64,000 bases of DNA from Squalus acanthias (taxonomy: Eukaryota), in assembly GCA_030390025.1 (NCBI GenBank), contig CM059434.1, positions 18,166,001 to 18,230,000 on the forward strand. The letters are read 5' to 3'. Positions 12,366 through 25,310 of this stretch are shown piece after piece. The notes below the pieces were generated by a model. The model was not told the DNA's origin, did no database searches, and was given only the letters and a program-made list of their open reading frames with translations. Position 1 is the first letter of the stretch. Each line of letters opens with the position of its first letter. Made by a program: the position numbers and the translations under genes.

Positions 12366-13259
12366 GGGGGGAAAATTCAGTTGGTTGCGCCTCCCGTTAG
12401 CGCCTTAAGAGGGCGCTAATGGGGCGCAAAAGAGTCTAGCGCCCGGGCGCGGCGATGTTTGCGCCGCTTGCAAAATTAACTAGACATTTTGCGGCGGCGC
12501 TAAACACTACCGCCACGATCTCCTGCGCCGGCAGATCGTGACGTCAGTCAAGTGCGCAACGCCCCGGTATCGCCCCAGAGCGGATATTGAGTGGCGCCCC
12601 CTGCCTTACCACCTGCCGCTAGCAACGACAGGTTGAGGGGAGCATTTTGCAGTCAGGAAGGGACTGGGGGAGCGCTATTTAAAGGTGACCGCTTCCTGCC
12701 TTTTATTGTTGGTGACATTTTAGAACCACGCATTCTGAGAGAAAGAGAGAGAGACTTCTGGAGAGATTCAATGCTGTGTGAAGGAGTTTTGGGTACTGAG
12801 CAGCACTTTGCAGGTTCATTTTGATTTGCCCTTCCTTGTATCGATTTAGAAGAGACTGTGGGGTCTGCACTCTGAGCTCTTTCCCTGGTACTCTTCATTG
12901 TTCTTTCCAGCAGATTTGATGTGCAGGTCTCTCCAGGCCGAGATTCAAGGCTGCAATGAGCAGGATGTGGATGGAAAGCAAGATCATCCCTCCCCTTTAA
13001 GAACTGGCCCGCGCCATTGTGTCTGTGTTCCATTGCTGACTGACATCACATGAGCTTCGCCAGCGCTCTGAGGTAGCGCCTCGCTCCTCGGCCTTTGCGC
13101 CTTAAGACAGGTGTGAAGCGCCTGATTTAGCGCTCCAATCACCTCCAGGGGCGATAAAAGTCAAGTTTGCAGTCGGTGGCGATAATTAACGCCAGGCGCT
13201 AATCTTTGCGCCCGGACAATAATTGCGCCCCAAATGGGGCGATACTGAATTTCTCCCCC
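12366..13259. mobile_element. PIF/Harbinger-like MITE, family B
   Basis: TIRs ggggggaaaattcagt ... actgaatttctccccc; 3-bp TSD att on both sides; many agcgcc/ggcgct subterminal motifs. Confidence 0.8.
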
Positions 13260-13979
13260 ATTATGTTTCTTAGCATTTCAGCGCAAAAATAAAACCTGAT
13301 CATCACATTTTATTTTTATTGCTTTATATTCTCTCTGTTGCTCCTCATTCAGCTGAGAGAGGAGGTAGACAACCTGCTCTCTGATTGACTCCTTGGAGGT
13401 GAGGATGAACCTAGCTTCTCCTCAGTAACTCCTCTTGACATCCCAAAGTAAGACTTGGCACAGTTGCTGTGGGGTATTATGGATGCAAACCTCATGTCCT
13501 ACTATTCTGAGGTGCAACGCATTGGTCCACCAAACCTCACTGAAAACATTTGTCTCGATTTCTTTTTAACGTTTACTCCCAAGAACTAAGAATGTCTGAT
13601 ATTTCTCCGAATCTGCACTTGTACATTCTGTATTTGAAATGTGCAGACATTTATTCTTAGACATAGTAATGAACCGAAGATGTTTGTGCTGTGATAGTCT
13701 TCAGAATTCAGGATTAAAAGGAAGTCCGTTCTTAACCTACATCTGTGGACAATTCCAAATAAATTTCATTTGTTAGCCAGAGATGGACTAAGTTAATTGC
13801 TCATTCCAGTTTTTGATCATTATTCCACCACAGCACGTTTTATTGAATCAGTTACTCCTAAACAATGATTGTGGACTGAATTGCTCTGTGTTTTTATTGA
13901 TTTGAGATATTTCTGATATTCTTGCTTGTGCTTTACAACTGCACTGTTAATCTTGATGAGCTGTTTGAACTATAGCAGT

Positions 13980-14075
13980 GTGCAACACAGAAGAGGTCCA
14001 TTTGGCCCATTGCGTCTGTACCAGCTCTTTGCTAGAGCAATCAAAAACGAATCCCACTGCCCTGCTCTCTCCCCG
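13980..14075 (-). mobile_element. CR1-type LINE 3' tail fragment
   Basis: caacacagaagaggtccatttggccc tail motif. Confidence 0.6.
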
Positions 14076-14825
14076 AATCCTTGTATCTACCCCCGCTTGA
14101 TTAGAAAATAAAACCTGAAATGGTGTCAATGAAGCAAAGCTGCATTGTGCCATATGGCATTTTGCCATTGTACTTACCACTGAGACATCTTCTCAAGGGA
14201 AAATGGGCCAGAATTTCCTGGAACAGCGCATTTGGCCACGAATACCATAAGTTAGACTGTTGTGCTCCCTGATCTTCCATTGGCAAATTTACGCAAAAAA
14301 TTGCTGGATAACTCGTTAGAATACACTATACCGAGGATAGTGGCGATTCGGAAGTGGCTCAGCACAATGTACTGATCCCATAACGCTCACGGCTATGAAG
14401 ACAATGGGGCAACCTCTCGCTCGGTTACCGTGCTGTATTAAATTTGGGTGTTTATCCAAAGTTAAATGTTAAAGCAGACGCGATTAAAGAAAGCTGGATG
14501 ATGAAGGACCCACCCAGAGTCTGTTCAAACCATTGGGACTAAGCCTTGTATCCCTTTTATAGATTACAAATGGAACAGTGCTGCAACAAATTTATCTTGG
14601 GAGTGAACAAAATCTGTAGGTTATTTGTAATAAATTTTGCTGCACAGAAATATCTTAACGACATTTGCGTATACTAAAACAGACCCCAGTATCTCTTGTA
14701 ATCACCACTTGCTGCATTAGTTCGTTATTAAAAATGTAAACTGCAGTGAGAAACCTGCAGGAATATAACGGCTCACCTCTTAGTCCTAGTGCACGATCTT
14801 ATGAAAATGATTGCTGTTTCCACAG

Positions 14826-14986
14826 GTATACTCCTTCATCTCAACTGCGAAGTAATGATGAGACTAAGGAGTGGCTGCGTTCACACTCTGCAGTTGGACT
14901 ACAGGAGAATATCAATAATTCACCATTTTCTCCAGGATCTAGTATCACATCACCCTCTGGAACAAGGTTTAACTTTTCCCAACTAG
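14826..14986 (+). CDS. NAV2: NAV2 coding exon (161 nt, phase 2-1): YTPSSQLRSNDETKEWLRSHSAVGLQ...SPSGTRFNFSQL
   Basis: ttccacag acceptor, donor G|gtgagg; peptide matches NAV2. Confidence 0.95.
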
Positions 14987-15114
14987 GTGAGGTTTTAATC
15001 TAAAAATTGGCTTCTATTTCTTTCCACGTTTGTTGTCTATTTAAAGCTATGCCTCCAATTACTGCCAAAGCTACATTGGTGAAGTGCTAAATTACAGATA
15101 ACCAACGCGGCCGA

Positions 15115-15477
15115 GAACATACGAACATACGAATTAGGAGCAGGAGTCGGCCACTCGGCCCTTCGAGCCTGCTCCGCCATTCAATAAGATCATGGCTGAT
15201 CCGATTACTCCACATTCCCGCCTACCCCCGATAACTTTTCACTCCCTTGCTTATCAAGAATCTATCTACCTCTGCCTTAAAAATATTCAAAGACTCTGCT
15301 TCCACCACCCTCTGAGGGAGAGAGTTCCAAAGACTCACGACCCTCTGTGAGAAAAAATTTCTCCTCATCTCTGTCTTAAATGGGCGACCCCTTATTTTTA
15401 AACAGTGACCCCTCGTTCTAGATTCTCCCACAAGAGGAAACATCCTCTCCACATCCACCCTGTCAAGACCCCTCAGG
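15115..15477 (-). mobile_element. CR1-type LINE 3' end (5'-truncated)
   Basis: ORF2 C-terminus ...ESRTRGHCLKIRGRPFKTEMRRNFFSQRVVSLWNSLP; tail with gaacatac repeats. Confidence 0.9.
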
Positions 15478-16015
15478 AGAAGTTAGCACCTGAAAAGTTC
15501 CACACAGTAGAATGAACCAACATGAGAATTGTTCTGCTCCCGAATCTTCTCTGACAGCCTCTCCCCTCGCCACCTCGACTGAACCAGTTGACTTGCTGCA
15601 GTTCAACAGGGTGACAGGTGCTCTTGGGTATAGAATGGAGCCTCGAGTGTAAAATTACTTTTGTGCAGAGGGCTCTTCCTTTGCAACATTTCCTCTGGCA
15701 TCCTGGACACAAACCAGTGGAATTCTATCATTTGTTTCAACCATTATCACCCCTTAATCTTCAGAAGTAAGGAATGAGAGAGCAAACTGCTGAAAAAGGA
15801 AAGACATTATGCCAAGTCTTATTATTACACTTCTCAAATTAAGACAGTACAGTGTGCACACTAAACAGTATCTCCGATGGAGAAAATCCCATTTCACAGT
15901 TACCAATCCAGTTTTTGAGAAGAGATTTAACATTCAGAGACATCTATCCAGTGTTACACTGGGAATAACGCTTCGTTTTTTGCTGGATGTCATAAATAGA
16001 CTTTCTTTTCAACAG

Positions 16016-16204
16016 CGAGCCCAACTACAGCTGCCCAGATGAGCCTCTCAAACCCCAGCATGCTTCGTTGTCACAGCGTGTCCAATCAGGATGGATCATA
16101 CGATCCATACAGTGACTCCAGATTCCGGAACAGTTCCATGTCTTTGGATGAGAAGCACAGGACAATGAGTCGCTCTGGATCATTCCGGGATGGATTTGAG
16201 GAAG
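16016..16204 (+). CDS. NAV2: NAV2 coding exon (189 nt, phase 1-1): ASPTTAAQMSLSNPSMLR...DSRFRNSSMSLDEKHRTMSRSGSFRDGFEE
   Basis: ctttcttttcaacag acceptor, donor G|gttagc; frame continuous; matches NAV2. Confidence 0.95.
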
Positions 16205-18479
16205 GTTAGCAACTACTGCATTGTATTCTACGCGTGTTATTAAACTTTAGCGATGAAGAAGGGCTTAAGATTAACCTAACGGATACAAATTTTGTTTCAT
16301 GCTTTATTGAAATATATAATTAATAAGCCCGAAACGAATGAAAGGCCAATAGGAGAGTGCTATCAATATAAAGTACTCCCGCATCTACAATAATAAATTG
16401 TGTGGGGAAAACCGCTCTTCAATTGGTCGGAAGTACTTAATTTTGAATATTGATTTTCAGCCTTGTGGAAACCTGGCATTTCAAAATGTAATTGGTATTT
16501 TGGTAATTCCTGAAGCCTTTATCAGACAGTCTAGTGGTTGAAAGTATTTACATGTTAATAGAGCAGCAGTGGACTGGCATACAAGCACATCGTATTCACT
16601 GCAGCATTTAAAATGTGACAAATACTGAAGATTTGGGCCTGCAAAAAATGACACTTCATAATACCATGTGAGGGGGGGTGCAATGAAAGGAATTTCTTCT
16701 CCAGAGCTGTAAGTTTGAGAAAGCAGTGCAAGTGCTCCGACATGCCATGCTGCAAGGTTCAAGCATGTGAATTCACCCCATTGATAACCTCGCACCACAA
16801 GTAGGGCATCCACCAAGATGAGCAGGTGAGCAGGAGGCTGTCGTTGCACGCTTCGTAGCGGCTGAATTGAGAAGAACAGGAAAAGGCATGGCAGTAGGTC
16901 ACCTTGCTTGCTTTATTACCAGAAGGATGGTGCTCAGTAAGCAGGGAACTAAAGAGAACTCTGGGTGGGATACGAAAGAGAAAGAAAATTTAAAAAATTC
17001 ATGGGGTTGCCCGCACCTTGTTTTTTAAATTTTCCAGTGCATTATTTCTTAATTCTGCTGCAGAGTTTTAACGTTCTGTCACATCAGTTTACCCTCTGAG
17101 ATAAGATGTAGCATGCTATTTTGACCTTGCACACTGATCCGTGTGATGTGAGCTGACAAGTCTCTAGCTGTTGTGTCTCTGCTGGTCCGTAGCATAAAAA
17201 AGTGGCGCCCCAGATTCCTTGGTTGTAGATGCCAAGAGTTCATCATTGCACAGCTGCTTTTGGACATTCTGCTGTACTTGCAGGCAATTGGTTAGCTTTA
17301 TGCATCACTGGCTCTCACATTCATATCAATGATAATGTCTACCAGTAGTGCGCCAACATCATTGAAGAGTTACTGGCATTCTACAATATCTGACTATGGT
17401 AATTTCATTATTTATCATTGATTTTAGTTTAGTTAGAATTTGGTCCAGAACTCTGGATGCTGTTACTCTGAAGTTATGAGAGGCAGGAGAAGATCTGATT
17501 CCACAGTAGTGTTCAAGAAGAGTTACAACAGTGTTGGTATCATGTTTTGAGATTATTGACTATTTGGCTTAGGAGGAATTTTGAATTAATTTATATCGTA
17601 ATATTGCTCTTCCGTTAAACTGAACGCACACGACGTGAAATCTACACAGCACATAAATTATCTGGGGAGGCGTATTAGACCCAGTAGCCAGGACTGGATG
17701 AAGTGGCTGGCAGAATTGTGTTTCTCAAGTACGCTAATCAGTTTGAGACAAATAGGGAAGTTAATACATTCTAGCGACATTTGCATCTGTAATGTTGGAA
17801 TGGCCTCATTCGTTTGAGCCCAGCGGAGGTAACTGCCAGGGGACCCATACACAAGCAGCCAGCGTTGGGAAGGTCATGGATCAAATCTTGGCTTCCTGTC
17901 CAGCTAAAAAAGACAAGTTTGCAGAAATTAGTGTCTGGAAACAGACACGGAGTAAAGAACTCTCTTCCTAAAGTTAGGACCTGACTAGCTTCAGGAAATT
18001 TACTGGCCTGTAAAGTGAATTTAGCCCATTATAAGGGTGGGAGTGGTTTGTTAATTTCTCTGTCACAAGGAGTATTGTGAAATTCATTGATTGAAATTCA
18101 CTGAAAACAATTTTCTGTTTGTTCATATTTACATGCTTACATGCTGGTCTGGCCTCACTAGAGTGGTCATCAGTCTGTTTACGAGAAATGCATGTGGGAG
18201 CATGTACACGATTACAGTAGCCAGTAAGCACAACAAGGGGTTTTTATTGTGCTGGGCCCTGGATTATGCTATCGTGTGACTAGATATTGGGCAGTATGGG
18301 CAAACTCCTGATCTAGGGAATGCAAGTTGACGTACAGGAATGTCAGATGACACTGCATCCAAGAGAATATCTAGTGCATACCCAAAATTGATATCGATTA
18401 GTTTTAAGTTCTACCCCCTTGCTGTTTTCCCCTTGTCCCTACGCGCCTGAAGCTGGTTATCATTCGTACAGGAATACAG

Positions 18480-18780
18480 TAGCCGTCCTCTCTGGTACCT
18501 AGTCTGAGTGGTCTTATTTCATGCTTAATCCTGGACAGGAAGTTTTGGTGGGCTATTTTCCAATGGGATGCTTCACAATCCAAGATCCGTACACTTGCAC
18601 TTCCAACAGGGTCACTGGCTAGAGATTAGGAATAGGAATCCTGCCATCGCTCCAGCCTCCATCTTTATCCTCCTACCTGAGATAGGCCATCTCGGCACCG
18701 ACCGATAATCAAACCTGGGATCTTCCTTGTCTGATAGCTCAACACATACCATGAATTGCATTTATCCCATGCATTGAGGG
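18480..18780 (-). mobile_element. Degraded SINE of the 3733 family
   Basis: gccgtcctctctggtacct...ttccaacagggtcactgg...aatcaaacctggga. Confidence 0.45.
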
Positions 18781-19432
18781 AGAGGATTGCACTTTCGTTA
18801 ATGGATCAGTGCATTAAAAACTACAGAGATGCATTTCATGGCTTATTTGAAGCAACAAAATGTGGTAGGGTGCAGTTTCAAATATAAAATAATATTTGTT
18901 AACTTGCTAGGCAAGTTAGGCTGCTGTGTATATCACAGCAGAACATAGATTGTACTCCAAAGGAGTTTTAATGAAATTTGCGATCAGTCTGATTTTCTGA
19001 ATAATGAAACAATATATACTCAGAATCTTTATTCTTAATTAATTATTTCTTGAAAGATCCCTCTGAAGGAAAAAGCTCCCTTCCTGTCCAGCCCAGCTGG
19101 TGTTAAAGATGTGTGTGGCTGACAGTGCCTTCCTCCTTGCACTGTTTTGTGCAGAGGTTTTGCTCGCAAACTGAGGCGTGAGCAAATGCTCAGTAGATTT
19201 GTCACTGATGCAAATTTTCTTCCTGTTTGCCACTACAGTTCTCCTCCTTGCTGAACAATTTCCCCGGGCCTCTTTTCAAAACTATCCATAAATTCCTGGT
19301 TTTCATTAACAGGGATATGCGCTAATTTTTCAGAATCTTATGGAATCTTTCAGCAAAGCCGAAAGATTTGTTTTAATGGCTCAAAAAGATTTTTTTTTCC
19401 TCTTAGACTAACTTTGAATCTTCCTACCTATC

Positions 19433-19556
19433 GCTTTTTTAATTTGTTTATGGGATGTGGGCGTCGCTGGTATGGTCAGCATTTATTGCCCATCCCTAAT
19501 TCCCCATGAGGAGGTGGCGGTGAGCCGCCTTCTTGAACCGCTGCAGTCCGTGTGGA
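19433..19556 (-). mobile_element. LINE 3' tail, same family as 42626-43047
   Basis: gggatgtgggcgtcgctgg...catttattgcccatccctaatt is nearly identical to the 42626 copy. Confidence 0.75.
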
Positions 19557-19966
19557 TTGCTTAATATTCCCTCTAATTTTATAGCATATTAGGAATAAAT
19601 GGAGTCATAAAGGTATTGTGAATTGATGCCAAATGGAGAAAATTGTTAATTAAGGCCAACGGATGTTAAGAAATTTGTTCTTTATTGCTTTTGTTATCAG
19701 GTGTATCACACTGCAATCTGTTATGTTATGAGGTGAAACTAAATTGAGACAAATCTCCAGTGCAAACACTATCAAGCTAGTGGTGATTCGCATTTAGTAA
19801 TCTTTAACTGAGCAAGTTGCAAGTGATAGTTGCTCTGTTTGAAAAGTATAGACCTACATAATAAAATTTAAACATGCCACCAAAACTTCCATGTTAAAGA
19901 TATCAAAACTAAACAATTTAACTTTTTGATCGTTAACAAGCGTATTAATATATATTTACATATATC

Positions 19967-20417
19967 CAGGGATGGGGGAATCTTAGCTACAAGGACAGGC
20001 TGGAGAAGCTGGATTTGTTTTCATTAGAGCAAAGGAGGTTGAGGGGTAATTTGATAGAGGTGTACAAGATTATGATGGGTTTGGATAGGCTAGACGGGGA
20101 AAGGCTGTTCCCACTAGTTGATGGTACAAGGACTAGGGGACACAGATTGAAGGTTTTGGGCAAGAGATACAGGGGGGATGTGAGGAAAAGCATTTTTACG
20201 CAGCAAGTGGTGAGGACCTGGCATTCGCTGCCGACGGAAGTGGTGGAAGCGGAGACACTCAATGTTTTCAAGGGGAGACTGGATAGGCGCTTGAGGGAAA
20301 TAAACTTGCAGGGCTACGGGGATAGAATGGGACTGACTGGATTGCTCTACAGAGAGCCGGCATGGACTCGATGGGTCGAATGGCCTCCTTCTCTGCCGTA
20401 TAACTCTATGACTCTAT
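19967..20417 (+). mobile_element. CR1-type LINE 3' end
   Basis: LFSLEQRRLRGNLIEVYKIM...RTRGHRLKV...QVVRTWHSLP; actctatg tail. Confidence 0.9.
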
Positions 20418-21503
20418 ATATGTTTATATGTATATACATTTTGTCCTTGAATCAGGATTTCCATATAATGGGAAGGGCCATACACATTCAAATTTTATAC
20501 AGGGATCGGGTTTGAATTTATCTGGAGTCATCAGGAGCTTTGAAATATATGATGATCACTCACAAATTGGCACATAATACTCATATACTTATTATACAGT
20601 TTTTTTTATGTTGACCAACTGTAGCTGCATGCTGAAAAATGGTATTAATACCGAGTGGCATTTTGCAAATTTACCACACAACTAACTGCATTGCAATATT
20701 TACCAGTCACCTTCAGCCACAGTCTTCAGTCACTCCTACCAAGTGCACGGGCAATTTAATGTGATGCTGTCTTTATGAGAATGTTTGACAAAGTTTCTTC
20801 TTTTGTTTGCCACGCATGGGTTGTTGCTATAATTTCAAGCCTCCTCAATGAGCAAGGCTGGCTGGTTAACCATTCTAGGCAGTTCCAACATGCCTATGAA
20901 GTGGTCCGAGCTGGCCAAGCAGCAGGAAGCTGCGGTAATGAGTGGCGTGATTTTAAGTAGTTGAACTCCAAGAGTACCCCTGCACACACTTTGAGTTGTG
21001 CGGGTTGGGATGGAGTCGGGGGATGGTCGGGATACCTGTGCCCCAGTTCTTTGGCTTTGTGCAAGTGAAGGATCTCCCGATAGAGAGACAGTGTGCACTC
21101 CATATCTGGCAAACAGCAAACCTATGTAGCTTTTCCAGTAGTTTGATTTGAATACTATTTTGCATGGCAACACGGTGTCTGTATGCTGACACCCAGCTAA
21201 CCAAAAAGGCAAAACATATTATTGCGTCACTTTCATATGATGCCCTTGTGGTTAAAGTGACTCACGGCTCTTCCAGTATTTCCTCTGCCTCCTAAAATAA
21301 ATATGATTTGCGAAACTTTCTTTCCTGAAGACAGTGCGTCTTTTACATCGAGACTGGGATTTACATGTCGTGACACATTGCTTACTGTAAACTAACACTT
21401 TGTTTCCCTGTTGTGGGGATGCGATCTTGCGCAACAGGTGAACATTGCTCGAATGTTATTCTGTTTGGTCCCCTCAAGTAAGAAATGGCACTGTCTGCCA
21501 GAG

Positions 21504-22035
21504 ATAGAAACATAAACATAGAAGATAGGAGCAGGAGTAGGCCATTCGGCCCCTCGAGCCTGCTCCGCCATTCGATGAGATCATGGCTGATCATCCAAAC
21601 TCAGTACCCTGTACCTGCCTTCTCCCCATATCCCTTGATACCTTTATCTTTAAGAAATATATCTAACACATTCTTCAATATATTTAATGACTTGGCCTCA
21701 AATACCTTCTGTGGTAGAGAATTCCACAGGTTCACCACTCTCTGGGTGAAGAAATTCTTCCTCATTTCTGTCCTAAATGGCTTACCCCTTATCCTTAGAT
21801 TATGACCCCTGGTTCTGGACTCTCCGACCATCGGGAACATTCTTCCTGCATCTAGTTTGTCCAGACCTGTCAGAATTTTATATGTTTCGATGAGATCCCC
21901 TCTCATTCTTCTATACTCCAGCGAGTATAAGCCCAATCGACCCAATCTCTTCTCATATGTCATTCCTGCCATCCCAGGTATCAGCCTTGTGAATCTTCGC
22001 TGAACTCCTTCCATGGCAAGAACATCCTTCCTCAG
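21504..22035 (-). mobile_element. CR1-type LINE 3' end, young copy
   Basis: Uninterrupted ORF2 C-terminus MEGVQRRFTRLIPG...RMRGDLIETYKIL...NFFTQRVVNLWNSLP plus 3' UTR. Confidence 0.93.
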
Positions 22036-22149
22036 GATGAGAGTTTTTACTTGATTTTATATTCTCGGCAAACCTTAGGAGCACAGCCAAGTTCGATATG
22101 TTCTGGAGAAACATCAGGTCCTGGATTCCCTCGTGCTGGCAGATGTTGC

Positions 22150-22447
22150 AACAACAGCAACTTGCATTTATTTAGCGCCTTCAAAGTAGTAAATACATCC
22201 CGAGGCTCTACTCAGGACTGTTCTCAGACATAACTTTGACAGCGAGCCACATAAAGAGATATTTGGACAGGTGGCAAAAAGCTTGGTCAAAGAGGTAGGT
22301 TTTAAGGAGCGGCTTAAAGGAGGAGAGAGTGGCGGAGAGGTTCAGGGAGCGAATTCCAGAGCTGAGGGCTTAGGCAGCCGAAGGCACAGCCGCCAATGGT
22401 GGAGCGATGAAAATCGGGGTTGTGCAAGAGGCCAGAATTGGAGGAGC
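22150..22447 (-). mobile_element. L2-like LINE 3' end
   Basis: acaacagcaacttgcatttatttagcgcc tail; homologous to 11970 and 26795. Confidence 0.75.
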
Positions 22448-22934
22448 ATTGGGTTAAATTGCATTGGGTAAATCAAGGTGGGACCGGCAGAAATGCTGAC
22501 AGAAGATGCCATCCTGCCACTCTCTGTGATTTTTGCACGAAAGTGGACGAATGCAAAAAGTGGCTGCCTCCAATTCTGGTGAAACTTATGCCAGATGTAA
22601 GAAGGATTAGTGTCTAAAATTTCCCAGATTCTGCCTTGACTCTGTCCCCCACCCACCTAAATTGCACAGTTTTTTTGTCCAGCACAAGAGTAATTTGTAG
22701 CTGACATTTTCTTAATCCAGCAACATTATTGTGAGTTTTGTTTCTGACAAACTGGACTGTTTGTGATTGAAGAGACCAAAGAAAAATGTGCCTCTTTGCT
22801 TGAGTGAAATGATAAGTACATTATCAATTGCTTTGGTTAGTTACTGCAGAGCTGTTTTTCACACCTGACTAATAGTTTTTGTTTTCCTTCTCTTTTGGCC
22901 TGCTAATCCTGTCGAAACCTGAAATTTTGTACAG

Positions 22935-22987
22935 TTCATGGGTCATCTCTATCTCTGGTCTCCAGCACATCTTCCATTTACTCAACA
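22935..22987 (+). CDS. NAV2: NAV2 coding exon (53 nt, phase 1-0): VHGSSLSLVSSTSSIYST
   Basis: gtacag acceptor, donor |gtaagt; highly conserved navigator peptide. Confidence 0.95.
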
Positions 22988-25080
22988 GTAAGTACATACT
23001 GACGTAAGAAAACTACTAGGCACTTGGTCTGAGTATTAAACAAGGCTTTAATCAACTGTTTGTCAACATGGAGGTCTAGTTGTGTCCTTTCCTAGTTCCT
23101 GTTAAAGAATGTCCTTAGCAAGCTGGGCCCATGCCCGAGTATTTATACTCTCCCTGGACAGCGCCACCAGCAGGCCGCCCAGTATTATTTCATAAGTCAT
23201 TTCCACATGAATGACAAGATTCATGTCACCTACAGTTTAAGTCATTTGCTTGATCCTTGTTTCCCACATGTTCAGGATGTGACAAGCAAAGAGGTTCAGT
23301 ACAAAATACTCTACTTCGTGAACTTTTGAATAATCTTTTGATGCAGTCTTCCTTTCCTCCTCATGATAATGGCGTCAACTCTGAAGTTCCAGTTTAAAAG
23401 GTAGCTTTACGTTGCTGCTAAGCCAACTGTTTTCATTGTACACACCCTGCTATTATATTGGTGGCAGATAGAAAAAGCCATACTAAGGTATTATTACAGA
23501 TAACTTTAAATCAGATACAGTTTTCATAGCTTGATGTCAGAAAGCTACTTTTTATTGATTATTTCTACAGTAATGTGCAATTATTTAGCTTTATATATAG
23601 ATTCGGTACAGTATATGTTATTCCCTTGTATTAAGCAATATTAATGTGTAGATATTTCACTGCAGAAAGGGCTGTTCTTTTAGGTACTGGCAATAACATA
23701 CAATATTTAACTTTTCTACGCTATGAATCATCACTTTTAAGCAGTTGTTTTGTATAAACAAGTTGTTACATCATTAGGTCACTCCAGTAGCATTTAATTT
23801 TGCCTTGCCCACGCAAGCAACAACATCTTGTGACCACACCCATGATGTCACTTTATCTGTTAGTTGCGTGCAAGCTGCTTTTATAGATTTTGACTTGCAC
23901 ATAACAAACTGCCTCCGTCCAATAAGAATGCAAGGTGTTGTTCAGGTGCTCAGAAATGCGATAGCTTGGGTGGTTTCCTCTGGTTTTTGTCCTTCTGGCC
24001 GGTTCTTATCACATCAGTGGCAGTGGTTAAAACAAGCAGGTCCAGTATGATGACAACGTTAACACTCACCAGGGCCCCTAGAGCCAGGCAGCTGATGGTA
24101 GGTGATGGTATGAATTGTGATCAAGCATAATGCTGAAATTGGAGTGTTTAGTGTCACAGTTGGAAGGTGAAGAATCTGCGGCTGTATACATCCATGTACA
24201 GGAGTGTTTTCGTTATCCAGGTTTAATGTCATTAAATGTATATCAGAGAGAACTAGCTTCAAGTTGATAAAATGTATAAACTGTGGAGGATCTACTTGGT
24301 TATTTGTTCTAACTGAACTGACGGGACGATTGACTGCATAATTTCTTTTTGCAAGAGCTTGTTTGTTGGAGTGAATTAAAAAAAAAAATTCAGGTAGTGT
24401 TCGCACTTTGCATTGAATCAGTCAATAAATTAATAAAGTAAAAATACGTTAAATGTAAAAAAACAATAATTATAATAATTGTAGTTGTAATGTGCTTTAC
24501 TTTAAAATGTTCATAGTTTATATACGCAAGGGAGATTCACAGAAGGGTAGAATGCCATACAAAAATGGGCTAATTATCTGATCCAATATCAACATGATGA
24601 TAAATGATTAACGAGCAGTTAAATTGTACCTGTCAGAAAAATGACACCTGTTGTTGTTGCCCTTTGAAATAAAGGTATTATTAAGTGCTTGAAGCTATTT
24701 TGGGTGAGAGACAGAAAAATAAACTGATTAGGGTGTGTGCAAGTTTTGTCATCCTTGTAAGCATCTGAACTGAGTATTACAATTCTGGGCAGTGTTGTTG
24801 CCTGGTGTGCTCATACAATGCTATTTATACCACAGTTGGTCTTCATTTTCTCCACTGTTGGCATAAAGGCAATCATTCATTCAGATGTGACGCCCCTTTT
24901 GGTAGTGGAAGTTAATACATTATTGCTTGCTTTGCGGCTAATGTCATCGCCAATAAACTATTTCTTCTGGAATGCTGTGATACGTTACCCACAAGTTGGT
25001 TTCGAGCTGCAGTCTTACTACTGTCACTAATTCAGTCCCGCCACTTGTCGAATTGGTAATTCTTCCCATAGGACTAAGCA

Positions 25081-25286
25081 AAGAAGAGCAGGGGGAGTTC
25101 TCTCAGTGTCCCGGCCAACACTTATCCCTCAATGAGTACTACCAAAACAGATTATCTGGCCATTAATCTCATTGCTGTGCGCAAATTGGCTGTTGTGTTT
25201 ACCTGCACAACAAGAGTGACCAACCTTCAGAGGTTGCTTAATTGGTTGTGACACTTAGGACGCCCTGAGGCTGTGAAAGCACTATA
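25081..25286 (+). mobile_element. Partial DeuSINE (3' half)
   Basis: aagaagagcagggggagttctc...gtgtcccggccaac...cagattatctgg matches 37641-38088. Confidence 0.75.
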
Positions 25287-25309
25287 TATATATATATATA
25301 TACACACAC
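25283..25309. repeat. (TA)n(CA)n microsatellite
   Basis: tatatatatatatatatatacacacaca. Confidence 0.9.
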
Positions 25310-25310
25310 A

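Noticed and set aside
14746-14825. In-frame upstream extension of the exon at 14826
   Set aside because: The ctgcag acceptors giving starts at 14747 and 14761 are the wrong phase for the preceding phase-2 donor
22835-22934. In-frame upstream extension of the VHGSS exon, like the insert I recall in one human NAV2 isoform
   Set aside because: An in-frame TAA at about 22904 closes the frame
23000-23234. Small solo LTR just after exon 22935-22987
   Set aside because: TG...CA ends and a minus-strand TATA are suggestive, but there is no TSD and no second copy in the window
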